A stretch of 63,876 nt of DNA, filler included, from Octopus bimaculoides (lineage: Eukaryota), in assembly GCF_001194135.2 (NCBI RefSeq). It is 4 parts of 4 records of this genome, joined end to end, with 100 filler letters (N's around TTAATTAATTAA, not from the genome) between each part and the next. Parts side by side here need not be neighbours in the genome. Positions count along the whole stretch, not along the records: positions 53,814 to 63,876 come from NC_068983.1; 3 more parts are not named here. The stretch is one strand, 5' to 3'. Under the pieces are notes generated by a model. The model saw only the letters and a program-made list of their open reading frames with translations. It was not told the origin of the DNA and ran no database searches. A program made the position numbers and the translations under genes. Positions 63,041 through 63,876 of this stretch are shown here, piece by piece (the stretch's first letter is position 1; each line of letters begins with the position of its first letter).

Positions 63041-63430
63041 TTGTTGTTGTTGTTGTTGGCACTCCGTCGCTTACGACGTCGATGGTTCCAGTTGATCCGA
63101 TCAACGGAACAGCCTGCTCGTGAAATTAACGTGCAAGTGGCTGAGCACTCCACAGATACGTGTACTCTTAACGTAGTTCTCGGGGATATTCAGCGTGACA
63201 CAGTGTGACAAGGCTGACCCTTTGAATTACAGGCACAACAGAAACAGGAAGAGCGAGAGAAAGTTGTAGTGACAGAGTACAGCAAGGTTCGCCATCATCC
63301 CCTGCCGGAGCCTCGTGAAGCTTTAGGTGTTTTCACTCAATAAAAACTCACAACGCCCGGTCTGGGAATCGAAACCGCGATCCTATGACCACGAGTCCAC
63401 TGCCCTAACCACTTGGCCATTGCGCCTCCG
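63041..63430 (-). mobile_element. tRNA-derived SINE (family D), full length with (CAA)n tail
   Basis: Highly similar to 8363-8714; (GTT)n at 63041-63057 is the minus-strand (CAA)n tail. Confidence 0.92.
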
Positions 63431-63876
63431 TTTGACGTGCATATAGATTTATTAAAGCACATACATTTTCAAATATACAAAACTATATACCAAATATACA
63501 AAACTTCATACCGAAGCGCTCGCGCATACATGCATACAGAAACACACACACACATATACACACACATTCTCATAGACACACATGCACACAAACACACACC
63601 GGGGGTCGTGCATTGTACATAAAGTACATCACACACTTAAGAAAAAAATGCACATTCACTCGCAGTGTAAATAGGTTGGTGATTGTTAAGGCATTCATTA
63701 AGTAAAAAATAGATTTGTTTGTATTTATTTTCAGCAGCCGGATGGATCAGCAAAGTATTTTATGCTAGAAGCATGCACTGCAACAAGAATAACACTTTTA
63801 TTACATAGAGAGAGATAGGTGAGACACGACAGGTAGAACGATGCATGTGTGTCTATGTGTGTGTGTGTGCATATAT

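Overview
AT-rich animal genomic DNA dense in microsatellites and transposon relics, with about 20 N-gaps. The repeat spectrum (tRNA-derived SINEs, CR1, Tx1/L1, RTE, Dong/R4, Penelope-like elements, Tc1/mariner, and TA/CA/AAT arrays) suggests a coleoid cephalopod, probably Octopus; this is inference. The only host coding sequence I can support is one 75-nt EF-hand exon (30892-30966, +) resembling penta-EF-hand proteins (PDCD6/ALG-2/peflin), so most of the window is probably intronic or intergenic. Nearly all long six-frame ORFs are artefacts of N-runs or microsatellites, or are decayed transposon ORFs. The most interesting signals are: (1) several hammerhead-ribozyme-like motifs of different architectures in or near Penelope-like fragments, including a near-canonical type I hammerhead at 46592-46682 and U3-A8 core variants; (2) a ~750-800 bp CA-rich module ending in a hammerhead-like motif, present twice, each time head-to-head with a different Penelope-like lineage; (3) a (TAA)n-embedded Dong/R4 cluster with a ~520 bp non-coding element and a Dong-RT/element chimera, suggesting a Dong-mobilised non-autonomous element. 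Repeat boundaries are approximate (tens of bp) unless exact motifs are quoted.
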